From: Acidimicrobiia bacterium
Lineage (GTDB): Bacteria; Actinomycetota; Acidimicrobiia; Spongiisociales; UBA5794
Direction of reading: 5' to 3'
DNA: 64,000 bases
Assembly (NCBI GenBank): GCA_030065575.1
Contig: JASJDZ010000006.1
Span: forward strand, 21,722-85,721
Positions 1 to 8,499 of this stretch are shown piece after piece. Each line of letters starts with the position of its first letter. Positions within the stretch are counted from its first letter, which is position 1. The notes below the pieces were generated by a model. That model searched no databases, was not told the DNA's origin, and saw only the letters and a program-made list of their open reading frames with translations. The translations under genes were made by a program, and so were the position numbers.

Positions 1-353
1 ATGAGCCGGGCCTGGGCTCTCAGTGCCTCGACTTCCTCGGCGGCGGCGTTGGTTCCAGCAGTCCGCTCGGCACGCTCGAGGATCTCGTTCGCCCGACGCT
101 CCGCATCGGCCAGCATTGCCTGCTTCTTCTCTACTGCAGCCAGGAACGCGTGCTCGACGCTCGAGGAACTCTGCCGACGGCTCGCCAACTCAGATTCCAG
201 AGCTTTCACCTTTGCGTGCAGGGCTGAGTTCCGGTCCTCGACTTCGCGCACCGCGGCGACGGCTTGGTCTAGAAACTCATCGACCTCTTCGCGATCGTAT
301 CCGCGCACAGCCAGTGTGAACTGCGCCCGCTCGATCTCTGTCCAAACCTTCAT
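1..353 (-). CDS. DivIVA-domain protein, N-terminal part (gene runs off the left edge)
   Basis: Reverse-strand ATG at 353-351 gives MKVWTEIERAQFTLAVRGYDREEVDEFLDQAV..., followed by an Ala/Glu/Arg-rich coiled coil. The F-x5-RGYD-x2-EVD-x-FLD pattern is the DivIVA N-terminal signature. It is missing from the ORF track because there is no stop in the window. The + strand ORFs 1..471 and 23..319 are its shadows. Confidence 0.7.
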   Translation of the reverse strand, partial: MKVWTEIERAQFTLAVRGYDREEVDEFLDQAVAAVREVEDRNSALHAKVKALESELASRRQSSSSVEHAFLAAVEKKQAMLADAERRANEILERAERTAGTNAAAEEVEALRAQARL

Positions 354-405
354 GGGCTACTCCGTTTGCACAGCCCTCCACCTACCACTTACAGTGTATC
401 GGTTA

Positions 406-876
406 CTACTTTCCGTGGTCAAGGTGTTTAGTGAGCCGATCGAGAAATACCGTCTGGGCCGGATTGAGTAGCCGGGTCGCTTCAGGGATGCCGCACCATC
501 GCAATTCGTCGATCTCGGGGAACTCGATGAACCGCCCACTCCCCCGCGGCCACTCCATACGAACCGGGTTTGAGGTCGCACGCAACGTGTCCAGATCACC
601 GAGCACTGCCCAGGCGTGGACCAGCTTCCCCGAGCGCTGCACGGTCGTACCTAGGTCTATTGCCTCGACGGCTTCGATTCCCTGGCCGGTTTCCTCGGTG
701 AATTCTCGCCTGGCTGCATCCAGCGCTGTCTCCTCTGGCCCGACCAGGCCCTTCGGAATACTCCACGCTCCGTCCTGGCGGTTCGCCCAGAACGGCCCTC
801 CCGGATGCCCAAGCAGCACTTCAACTCGAGTCGGCGACAATCGATAGAGAAGGATCCCGGCACTGACCTGCGGCAT
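406..876 (-). CDS. NUDIX hydrolase
   Basis: Nudix box GLVGPEETALDAARREFTEETG matches G-x5-E-x7-REUxEExGU. Size is 156 aa. Confidence 0.85.
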   Translation of the reverse strand: MPQVSAGILLYRLSPTRVEVLLGHPGGPFWANRQDGAWSIPKGLVGPEETALDAARREFTEETGQGIEAVEAIDLGTTVQRSGKLVHAWAVLGDLDTLRATSNPVRMEWPRGSGRFIEFPEIDELRWCGIPEATRLLNPAQTVFLDRLTKHLDHGK

Positions 877-879
877 GGA

Positions 880-2193
880 CTACAGCGGCTCAGGAGGTGG
901 GGGCGGGGGCGGCGGTGGCGGCGGGTCCGGATCAGTGATCAAGGGGTTGTACCGGTGAGTCCAGGTCTCGAAGGTGCTGGTGCCGTCGGGATAGTCAATC
1001 GTCCTGGTTACCGTCGCCGAGCCACCGCCCGATGTTGTCGCGGAGCCTGTCGTTGTCGTGGAGACTTCCCTGCCCCCGTTTTCTCCGATCATCTTGACCG
1101 TGATACTCGTGCTGGTGTAGCTCGTATCGATCGTCACCGGGTACTCGGTGTCATTGCGGAAGACGATGTCGGGCAAGGTCCAGCCCAGCGTCGCCTCGCG
1201 CCCGAGGGGGTACCGCGAGAAGTAGACGGAGTGGGGCCGGTGGTACACGTCCTCGAGACCGGAGAAGAAGATGGCGTTGTAAATGGTTGTGGCGAACTGA
1301 CTTGTTCCCCCGCCAACTTCGGCAACGAGTTCCCCGGCAACGATGGCGCCCGCCGGTACGTACCCCTTCGCTTCCGTCCGCTGGCCGACATGGCCGTTGA
1401 GCGACCATGTCTCCCCTGCCGGAACCACGACACCATCAACGGCATCGGCAATCAGGTGGATGTTGGTCACCCGGGATTCGCAGCACTTGTGATATGTGGT
1501 GAACTCACCAATTACCCGCGGTCGCGGCGGAGGGATGATCACATCTAGTCCAAGAGCCCTCACCAGGAACACTGCCAGGTTGCTGCGCTTGATCGCACTC
1601 TCCGGGCAGAAACGGGCTTCGCCGCATCCCTTGGTGATCCCCGCTGCCGCCAGGGCCTCGATATCCGCCTCGAACACGGAGTAGTCGTCATCAGTGAAGG
1701 TATCGACGTCGGGCGGCGACTCATATCCAAAGGCGCGAACCAGGAAAGCTGCCATCTCGCCTCTGGTCACCGCACGGGTTGGACAGAACTTCGTGTTGTC
1801 GGGCGGATCGCACCCTTTGGTGATACCGGCTGCCACCAACGCATTGATGTCGCCCTCGTGAGGCGACTCATCATCATCGAGGAACTGGTCGACGTCTGAT
1901 GAAGGGAGCCCGAGAGCGCGAACCAGGAACGACGCGGTCTGACCCCTTGTCACGGAGTAGCCGGGGCAGAAGCGGTCGTTGTCCGGCGGATTACATCCCT
2001 TGGTTACACCGGTAGCCGCAAGAGCTTCGATGTAGCCTTCCTGAGGAAGGCCGTCATCGTCGACAAACGTACCCCCGGGCGGGAGCTCGACCGGTTCATC
2101 ACCGGCGGCGCTGGGCGCGATCATCAGCAATGCGGGCACGAGCGCCCACACTGCGAGCAGCCTGCGAATCCGATTGTTGACCAGCGCGATCAT
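880..2193 (-). CDS. Secreted VanW-domain protein with three N-terminal Cys-containing SLH-like repeats and a C-terminal poly-proline tail
   Basis: Signal peptide MIALVNNRIRRLLAVWALVPALLMIAPSAAG. Three repeats of about 57 aa (F-x-DDD...EGxIxALxAxGxTKGCxPPxNxxFCP...VTRGxxAxFLVRAxG). VanW-like core (GYVPAGAIVAGELVAEVGGGTSQFATTIYNAIFFSG...YFSRYPLGREATL). Ends in 11 consecutive Pro. Confidence 0.75.
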   Translation of the reverse strand: MIALVNNRIRRLLAVWALVPALLMIAPSAAGDEPVELPPGGTFVDDDGLPQEGYIEALAATGVTKGCNPPDNDRFCPGYSVTRGQTASFLVRALGLPSSDVDQFLDDDESPHEGDINALVAAGITKGCDPPDNTKFCPTRAVTRGEMAAFLVRAFGYESPPDVDTFTDDDYSVFEADIEALAAAGITKGCGEARFCPESAIKRSNLAVFLVRALGLDVIIPPPRPRVIGEFTTYHKCCESRVTNIHLIADAVDGVVVPAGETWSLNGHVGQRTEAKGYVPAGAIVAGELVAEVGGGTSQFATTIYNAIFFSGLEDVYHRPHSVYFSRYPLGREATLGWTLPDIVFRNDTEYPVTIDTSYTSTSITVKMIGENGGREVSTTTTGSATTSGGGSATVTRTIDYPDGTSTFETWTHRYNPLITDPDPPPPPPPPPPPEPL

Positions 2194-2336
2194 GAAGGTT
2201 CACCGAGGGGACGGTGCAGAATATCGCACCCTACCCCCGATGGGGAATCGAAGTCGGGCCTATTTCACGGCATCACGTGGCGGTCTTGTCGGCAGAGTGA
2301 GGACGAACTGGCTCCGGCTCGGGCAGGCCTATCTCA

Positions 2337-2864
2337 TCACTCCTGAGGCAACGGCCTTCTTGCTAGGCCCCAAACCGTGGCGACCAATGCAACCGCCGCC
2401 CCCAATGCGGCGACAAAGACCCCCGTCCCAACCACAGCGGTTGCCGGTGTGCCTTCCGCCTCCCTTATGCGCTCGAGTACGTCCAGGTACTCGAGCAGGA
2501 GCACGACAGATCCAAATAGGGCCGCGGCCACCGCCAGGTAGCCGAGAAGTCGGCGTGCGTTCACAGGCCGCATCTGCAGCAATGCAATCACGATCAGTAC
2601 GACGCCGGTAGCCAAAGTCAGCTTGCCTTCGGTCGTCTCTCTCCCAGTTGCCGAGAAGGCTCGGAATCCCAAGTCAACAGATACCCAGGTCATCAGCGAG
2701 CCCACGATGAGAAGCACCCCGCCGCTAACCGCGCCGAGCTGCCGTATCGAGTTCCTCATGAAGTCCCATCCCAGTTGCTCGCCGGCAAGGTAGAGCCAGG
2801 AGCGGGTCCCGTACAGGGTGGCTAGTCCAAAACGGGCACACACCGGAATCGCATCGAACGCCAA
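2337..2864 (-). CDS. Small integral membrane protein, unknown function
   Basis: ORF with about four hydrophobic helices and good third-position GC. The start is uncertain; internal ATG at 2759 (MRNSIRQLGAVSGGVLLIV...) is an alternative. Confidence 0.5.
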   Translation of the reverse strand: MAFDAIPVCARFGLATLYGTRSWLYLAGEQLGWDFMRNSIRQLGAVSGGVLLIVGSLMTWVSVDLGFRAFSATGRETTEGKLTLATGVVLIVIALLQMRPVNARRLLGYLAVAAALFGSVVLLLEYLDVLERIREAEGTPATAVVGTGVFVAALGAAVALVATVWGLARRPLPQE

Positions 2865-2920
2865 CGATCAGCATGCCGACCTCCGCTAACACGCGGCTTC
2901 CTCTCGCCGACGGGTAGGTC

Positions 2921-3727
2921 GTGATCGATCGCCTTGTGTTACGACGACCCGATTGGGCCACCGTGCTTGGCAGCACGCTGGTTCTCATTGGTCTCGCCCT
3001 ATTCATGATCGTGTTCTATACGCTCTTCCCGATCCTGCGCGACCCCGTTACCGCTTACGAGCGCTGGTTCCCTACCGAAGATGCGGACCCGATTGTCTTG
3101 AGTGTGGGTGACAGAGACGTGGTACGTGCGGAGCCTCTTGCCGGATTCCGCTGGGAAGCCATCGTCCTCGAGTCTGTCGACCCGCCGGTATACCGGATCC
3201 GCCTCGAGTCCACCTCGGTACCCGGACAGGCAGACCTTGTTGCGTGGCGGTGGGACTTCGGAGACGGAACCTCGAGCGGGGGCGAAACCGTCGTCCACGA
3301 CTACCTTCGCTACGGCAGCTATATCGTCACGCTGACGGTCGAGGATGCCGCCGGCGCCACCGATACTCTTGCCGGCGAGGTTGCAGTGCCGGCGGTAGAC
3401 GAAACGTCGGGCACCTCAGGTCAGATCGACGAGCTCCTCAGTCTGAGCATCGAGTCGAGTCTCTCGGACGCCGTCGGCGACGTCGGTGACGAGATCTCAG
3501 CGACCATCGACGGCGCGCTCGGTTCGATCGGCCGCACGGCACGTGGCGGGGTTGTTGTTTTCCTCTTCGCCCTGGCCGCGTTTGCCACCACCATCGTGGC
3601 CTGGCGGATCGCACGGGTTGGAGTCATGGTGCTCACCGGGAACCCATCCCGCCCTCGCCAGGACCGACAGGAGCCCCCGCCGGCCGACGAGGAACCTCGC
3701 GCGAGGCGCCAACTCGAGCTCGTCTGA
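2921..3727 (+). CDS. Membrane-anchored PKD-domain protein
   Basis: GTG start and an N-terminal TM helix (LVLIGLALFMIVFYTLF). PKD signature WRWDFGDGTSSGGETVVHDYLRYGSYIVTLTVEDAAGATDT. A C-terminal TM helix is followed by a charged tail. Confidence 0.65.
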   Translation: MIDRLVLRRPDWATVLGSTLVLIGLALFMIVFYTLFPILRDPVTAYERWFPTEDADPIVLSVGDRDVVRAEPLAGFRWEAIVLESVDPPVYRIRLESTSVPGQADLVAWRWDFGDGTSSGGETVVHDYLRYGSYIVTLTVEDAAGATDTLAGEVAVPAVDETSGTSGQIDELLSLSIESSLSDAVGDVGDEISATIDGALGSIGRTARGGVVVFLFALAAFATTIVAWRIARVGVMVLTGNPSRPRQDRQEPPPADEEPRARRQLELV

Positions 3728-3824
3728 GCCGGACGCCTCATTCAGAGATCTCGCCCGATGGGCCTGAGTTCAGATCGGATCGTGGTGACGAGCCGTTCTG
3801 ACTCGTCACCACGGTCATGATCCC

Positions 3825-4469
3825 TCACCCAGGATTGTTGGTCAGACTATTGACCTCGATCGCAGTGATCTTGGTGTTGTTCAGTCTCGGGCTCGTGGAT
3901 GCATTGCAGCCAAGCTCCACCGTGTTTCCGCTGCTGGCAAAGGTGTGAACCACTGTCATGGTCGCCGGCACATGGTGGTAGGGCTCCAGCGTTGCCGAAA
4001 GCTGGTCATAATCCGCTCCGGCGGCCAGTCGGCAAGTCACCGCGCCTTGGGAGGCCCCTCCCTGGAAGTGGGTCTTTGCAATGAAGATGTAGCTACCGGC
4101 CGGGATGCTCTCGAGCGTCAGCAGCGGGGCGTAGCCGCTTCCCCCGGTGACGGTAAGGGCGTTGTCGTGCCACACCGAAAGCCCGTTGGTTGATTGGTCG
4201 TTGGCGAAACGGTGCAGGAAGGCAGCCATCTGGCCACGAGTGACGTTCGCCTTCGGGCAGAAGTGGTCGTTGGCCGGCGGGTTGCAGCCTGCGGTAATGC
4301 CATGGTCGGCAAGCCACTCGATATCGGCCTCGAAGATCGAGGTGTCGTCATCGGTGAATGTGCCTCCGGCGGCAATTACGGCCACCGGGGTGAGCAACAC
4401 CAGCAAGGTCATTAGTGCAACGATGAGCCAGAAAGGCCTTCTCGTGCGTGTTCGGAAGAGTGTGCCCAT
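3825..4469 (-). CDS. Secreted or anchored protein with one Cys-containing SLH-like repeat and a C-terminal beta-rich domain
   Basis: N-terminal TM/signal segment FWLIVALMTLLVLLTPVAVIAAG. One repeat, FTDDDTSIFEADIEWLADHGITAGCNPPANDHFCPKANVTRGQMAAFLHRF, of the same family as in 880..2193. Confidence 0.6.
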   Translation of the reverse strand: MGTLFRTRTRRPFWLIVALMTLLVLLTPVAVIAAGGTFTDDDTSIFEADIEWLADHGITAGCNPPANDHFCPKANVTRGQMAAFLHRFANDQSTNGLSVWHDNALTVTGGSGYAPLLTLESIPAGSYIFIAKTHFQGGASQGAVTCRLAAGADYDQLSATLEPYHHVPATMTVVHTFASSGNTVELGCNASTSPRLNNTKITAIEVNSLTNNPG

Positions 4470-4708
4470 CCTGTTCCTCCAATTCCTGACGACGCTCCGC
4501 GCCGCACGATGCTGCGATCGGAGAACGACGCTTTGGTGACAACACTACGCTCGACAGAACCAACCTGTAGTGACGAGATGCACTATTCCGCCCGCACCAC
4601 AAATGACTCGTCAGTGCATAGGAATTGCATCGTTCATTGGCCCAGCAGCGCCGTCCATCCACATCCCTCATGGGCAACGAATGGGATCTGTAGTCAAAGG
4701 AGGAACAG

Positions 4709-5056
4709 GTGGCAGAACTGAAGGTAGACGGACAGTCGTTCGAGGTGGCAGATGGAACGCGCCTGGTCCTTGCTCTCGAGGACGCCGGTATCGACGTGAT
4801 GCACCGGTGCGGGGGTTTCGCCGGATGCACCACGTGCCGGGTTGAGTTCACTGAAGGGGAGCCTTCGGCGATGACAGTTGCCGAACGTGACGTGCTGGAG
4901 AAGCGCGACCTCCTGGGCTCATCTCGCCTGTCGTGCCAGATAGCCTGCGAAGGCACAATGGCTGTGACGCCCCTCGTACGCGTTGCCTCGTCGGGCGCAG
5001 ACGGACCGGGGACCCGACCGGAGGACCACATCACCCCTGAGCCCGAGTGGATCTGA
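4709..5056 (+). CDS. 2Fe-2S ferredoxin
   Basis: GTG start with AAAGGAGGA upstream. Cluster ligand pattern C-x5-C-x2-C...C (HRCGGFAGCTTCRV...RLSCQI). Confidence 0.8.
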   Translation: MAELKVDGQSFEVADGTRLVLALEDAGIDVMHRCGGFAGCTTCRVEFTEGEPSAMTVAERDVLEKRDLLGSSRLSCQIACEGTMAVTPLVRVASSGADGPGTRPEDHITPEPEWI

Positions 5057-5138
5057 CCGACGACTACCGCCTCTCCCCCGGGCACGATGCCTCAACATGG
5101 GCGAGGCCGGCAAGTTCACCAAAAGGTGGCTTTGGCTG

Positions 5139-6020
5139 CTAGTCGGGTCCTTCAATGACAATTGAAGACGGCGCAGTGTTGAGATCAGGGCGATAAACAT
5201 GACCGTCGAGGACGACTTGGGTGATGGTCAGCTTGATCCTCGAGCTATCGAACGACCCGACTCTCTCGTCAATCTTGCCATCATTGTTGGCCTGCAGGGA
5301 TACGCTGCCCGGGTCGGTACCGCCCCAGGTTATGACGGCGACGGCAAACGCCGCCTCCGCATCGCCTTCGGTCCGGATCTCGATCTCGATGTGCGCTTTC
5401 CAGGCTTCTTCATCGCCACGCGCGTGACCCTCAAACTTGCTGATGAACAGACCCGGCAGCGGGATGGTTGTTGTTGTCGTCGTCGTTGTCGTCGTGGTCG
5501 GTGGCACCGTCGTGGTGGTCGTCGTGGTGGGCGGCGGAACAGTCGTTGTTGTCGTCGTGGTACTCGACGTTGTCGTCGTGGTCGGTGGCACCGTCGTGGT
5601 GGTCGTCGTGGTGGGCGGCGAAACTGAGATCGGCGGGCTCGTCGGACGTAGCGTTGTCGAGGTCGTGGACGGAGGGGCGGCCACGACGCCGTCGGGCGTG
5701 GCCGCGTTCGATCCACCAGTCGGCGATGTCGAAGGAGTGGAGCCAAGGTGCGCGTTGGTCGTCGTACCGGCTGGGTGAGCGCCGGCCGGTTTCCCGGCAG
5801 CGGCCCGTGAGCTCGAAGACGCAGGCATCAATCTCGCCGGGGCAATAGACGGCAAGTTCGTGCTGAGCACGTCGTCCCCTTGTGACGATGCGGCCGAATC
5901 GGGCATCGCCCATGTGAGGCCGACCACCAGGCCGACGACGGGAATCAGAATGACAATGGCGCGAAACGCCAGCGCATTTAGTCGATCCGGATGATTCCAT
6001 TCCTTGCGGGGGTGCATCAT
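5139..6020 (-). CDS. Membrane-anchored Thr/Pro-rich protein with a C-terminal globular domain of about 100 aa, unknown function
   Basis: N-terminal TM helix (AFRAIVILIPVVGLVVGLTW). Long linker with TTTTTTVPPTTTTT-type repeats. Non-repetitive C-terminus. The poly-Val + strand ORFs are its antisense shadows. Confidence 0.6.
   Translation of the reverse strand: MMHPRKEWNHPDRLNALAFRAIVILIPVVGLVVGLTWAMPDSAASSQGDDVLSTNLPSIAPARLMPASSSSRAAAGKPAGAHPAGTTTNAHLGSTPSTSPTGGSNAATPDGVVAAPPSTTSTTLRPTSPPISVSPPTTTTTTTVPPTTTTTSSTTTTTTTVPPPTTTTTTTVPPTTTTTTTTTTTIPLPGLFISKFEGHARGDEEAWKAHIEIEIRTEGDAEAAFAVAVITWGGTDPGSVSLQANNDGKIDERVGSFDSSRIKLTITQVVLDGHVYRPDLNTAPSSIVIEGPD
5485..5620. repeat. In-frame 84-nt duplication inside the Thr/Pro-rich gene
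   Basis: About 50 nt, GTTGTCGTCGTGGTCGGTGGCACCGTCGTGGTGGTCGTCGTGGTGGGCGGCG, occurs starting at 5485 and again at 5569. The offset is 84 nt, or 28 codons. Confidence 0.7.
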
Positions 6021-6204
6021 TTGCCCGCTCGCCCACTAGATGAAGCGTCTACTCCACTGTACCGGATGCCAGAACTCTTGGCCCGCCCGCCTGGTCCGGA
6101 AGAGACCTGCCGTGGCAATCCACGGTCCAACCTGAGGGAGCAGGGAGAGCGGCAGTTTGGGCGAGGACCAAACTGCAACGGAGCGTTGGTTTGGGGCGTC
6201 CAGC

Positions 6205-6240
6205 CCCAAACCTAAAGGAACCCGCCTGCGGCGGGTTCCC
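6205..6240 (-). terminator. Probable intrinsic terminator downstream of tRNA-Leu(GAG)
   Basis: Minus strand reads GGGAACCCGCC-GCAG-GCGGGTTCC followed by TTTAGGTTTGGGG. A second hairpin (TTTGGGGC/GCCCCAAA) follows immediately. Confidence 0.55.
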
Positions 6241-6242
6241 AG

Positions 6243-6327
6243 TGTCGGAGAGAGGACTCGAACCTCCACGGGACAATGTCCCACTAGGCCCTCAACCTAG
6301 CGCGTCTACCAATTCCGCCACTCCGAC
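6243..6327 (-). tRNA. tRNA-Leu (anticodon GAG), class II with long variable arm
   Basis: Reverse complement GTCGGAGTGGCGGAATTGGTAGACGCGCTAGGTTGAGGGCCTAGTGGGACATTGTCCCGTGGAGGTTCGAGTCCTCTCTCCGACA. Acceptor GTCGGAG/CTCCGAC, anticodon stem CTAGG/CCTAG with loop TTGAGGG, variable-arm hairpin GGGACA/TGTCCC, and T-loop TTCGAGT. CCA is not encoded. Confidence 0.9.
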
Positions 6328-6415
6328 GTGGCGAAACCGCTGAAGCGGTTTCGGCGACAAACCCTGCGGGTTCGTCGGCTGGAGGATTATAGCCAAGCCC
6401 GCGCCGAGCGATTCG

Positions 6416-7489
6416 TCAGACGACCTGAACTACCTCGGGGAAGTGACAAGCTACCCAGTGGCCCGGCTCGAGCTCGCTGAGCGGTGGCTCTTCCACATCG
6501 CACTTACCGGCCTCAGCCTTCGGACAGCGAGTATTGAAGCGGCATCCCGGAGGCGGGCTCGACGGTGACGGGATGTCGCCCTCGAGGATGATCCGCTTGC
6601 GCGTGGACTCGATACTCGGGTCCGGGATCGGCACCGCCGACAGCAGCGCGTGCGTGTACGGATGCATCGGCCGATCGTAAAGGGCGTCCCGGTCGGTCAT
6701 CTCGACAATCTTGCCCAAGTACATCACCGCAACCCGGTCGGAGATGTGGCGCACTACCGACAGGTCGTGAGCGATGAACAGGTATGTCAGACCGAACTCA
6801 TCCTGCAGATCCTGCATGAGGTTGAGCACCTGCGCCTGGATAGACACATCCAGCGCTGAGACCGGCTCGTCCAACACCATGAACTGCGGATTCAGCGCCA
6901 GCGCCCTCGCCACCCCGATACGCTGCCGCTGGCCGCCGGAGAACTCGTGCGGATAGCGGTTGGTGTGCTCGGGGCTCAGGCCGACGATCTGCAGCAGGTG
7001 CTTGACGCGCTCGAGACGATCAGCTTGCGTGCCTATGTCGTGGACCGTCATGGGCTCGGCGACGATACTCGCCACCGTCATCCTCGGGTTCAGAGACGCG
7101 TACGGGTCCTGGAAGACGATCTGCAACTCACGCCGCAAGTTACGCAGTATCTCGCGGTCGGCGCCAGCGACGTCGACGGGAGCGTCGACAGTGCCATCCT
7201 CCGATTGCCCCTGGAACCAGACCTCTCCCGATGTGGGCTCGAGCAGACGAAGGATCGAGCGTGCCGTCGTCGACTTGCCGCAGCCGGACTCACCGACAAG
7301 GCCAACCGTTTCGCCACGCTTGACCTGGAACGACACACCCGAAACGGCGTGCACGGCACCAACCTGCTTCTTGAAGAAGACGCCCCGATTGATCGGGAAC
7401 TCCTTGACCAGATGGTTGACCCGGAGGATCACATCCTCGGGCAGGGCGCCCGCCTCGTCGGTCTCAGCTCTTGGCACGGTGTCGGTCAT
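6416..7489 (-). CDS. Oligopeptide/dipeptide ABC transporter ATP-binding protein (OppF/DppF type)
   Basis: Walker [10 protein letters not shown], signature FSGGQRQR, Walker [13 protein letters not shown]-terminal oligopeptide-transporter extension ([19 protein letters not shown]). Confidence 0.9.
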   Translation of the reverse strand: MTDTVPRAETDEAGALPEDVILRVNHLVKEFPINRGVFFKKQVGAVHAVSGVSFQVKRGETVGLVGESGCGKSTTARSILRLLEPTSGEVWFQGQSEDGTVDAPVDVAGADREILRNLRRELQIVFQDPYASLNPRMTVASIVAEPMTVHDIGTQADRLERVKHLLQIVGLSPEHTNRYPHEFSGGQRQRIGVARALALNPQFMVLDEPVSALDVSIQAQVLNLMQDLQDEFGLTYLFIAHDLSVVRHISDRVAVMYLGKIVEMTDRDALYDRPMHPYTHALLSAVPIPDPSIESTRKRIILEGDIPSPSSPPPGCRFNTRCPKAEAGKCDVEEPPLSELEPGHWVACHFPEVVQVV

Positions 7490-8496
7490 GAGGACACTCC
7501 CACTGTGAGAGACTTGAGGTCCAATTCGCTGGCGCGATGGCAGGCGACTTTCTGACCTTCCTGGCTCTGGTGCAGGATCGGCAGTGCCTCCCGGCAGATG
7601 TCGGTGGCGAAGTCACAGCGCGGCCCGAATCGGCATCCCCGTGGTGGCGCGATAAGCGACGGGGGCGCCCCCCGTACCGAGTTCAACCGGTCCTGCTGCG
7701 ATTCGTCGAGACGGGTCATCGAGCCCAACAGGCCCCACGTGTACGGGTGCTGCGGGTTGTAGAAGATCTCATCCCCCGTGCCGCGCTCGACGATCGTCCC
7801 TGCGTACATGACCTGGATCGTGTCACAGAATCCGGCAACAACGCCTAGATCGTGAGTGATCAGCAGAACTGCGGTGTTCCGCTCTTCTGCCAGGTCCAGC
7901 ATCAGGCTCATGATCTGGGCTTGCGTCGTCACGTCGAGTGCCGTCGTCGGCTCGTCGGCGATGAGCAGTTTCGGCTCGCAGCTGAGCCCCATGGCGATCA
8001 TCACACGCTGCCGCATACCACCGGAGAACTGGTGGGGGTAGTCCTCCATCCGGTTCTTGGCGTACGGGATCTGCACGTCGTCCAGTGCAGTGATCGCGAT
8101 GTTGCGCGCCTCGGACTTGGACACGTCCTGATGAAGCAGAATCGTCTCGATCAGCTGATCGCCGATCGTGTAGACCGGGTTGAGCGCCGTCATTGGATCC
8201 TGGAAGATCATTGCGATCTCCCCACCACGCACATCCTGCATCTCAGCTTCGGACAGCTTGAGCAGGTCGCGACCGTCAAACTGGATGGTCCCGGTCACGA
8301 TCTCGCCGGCCGGCGGCTCGATGAGCCGCATGATCGACATCGCCGTCACCGACTTGCCGCATCCCGACTCTCCAACGACGCCGCGGCGTTCACCGGCCTT
8401 GACCTTGAAGGACACGCCGTCGACCGCCTTGACAACGCCTTCTTCTGTCGAAAAATACGTTCTCAGGTCTTCAACATCAAGTAAGTGCTCAGCCAC
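7486..8496 (-). CDS. Oligopeptide/dipeptide ABC transporter ATP-binding protein (OppD/DppD type)
   Basis: Walker [10 protein letters not shown], signature FSGGMRQR, Walker [27 protein letters not shown]. It has a 4-nt overlap with the downstream ATPase gene. Confidence 0.9.
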   Translation of the reverse strand: MAEHLLDVEDLRTYFSTEEGVVKAVDGVSFKVKAGERRGVVGESGCGKSVTAMSIMRLIEPPAGEIVTGTIQFDGRDLLKLSEAEMQDVRGGEIAMIFQDPMTALNPVYTIGDQLIETILLHQDVSKSEARNIAITALDDVQIPYAKNRMEDYPHQFSGGMRQRVMIAMGLSCEPKLLIADEPTTALDVTTQAQIMSLMLDLAEERNTAVLLITHDLGVVAGFCDTIQVMYAGTIVERGTGDEIFYNPQHPYTWGLLGSMTRLDESQQDRLNSVRGAPPSLIAPPRGCRFGPRCDFATDICREALPILHQSQEGQKVACHRASELDLKSLTVGVSS

Positions 8497-8499
8497 GCG

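Noticed and set aside
1-471. Plus-strand ORFs 1..471 and 23..319 at the left edge
   Set aside because: They are Arg/Ser/Ala-rich shadow frames. The opposite strand encodes a clean DivIVA N-terminus starting at 353.
2337-2864. Small membrane proteins (this one and 49675..50172) as the missing prepilin peptidase
   Set aside because: Neither contains the paired Asp motifs of peptidase A24 (GxGD-like). Their size and topology do not fit.
5437-5778. Poly-Val plus-strand ORF and the other overlapping ORFs in 5199..6036
   Set aside because: They are antisense or alternative frames of the Thr-codon (ACC/ACG) repeat. The minus-strand frame alone has a TM anchor and a non-repetitive C-terminal domain.
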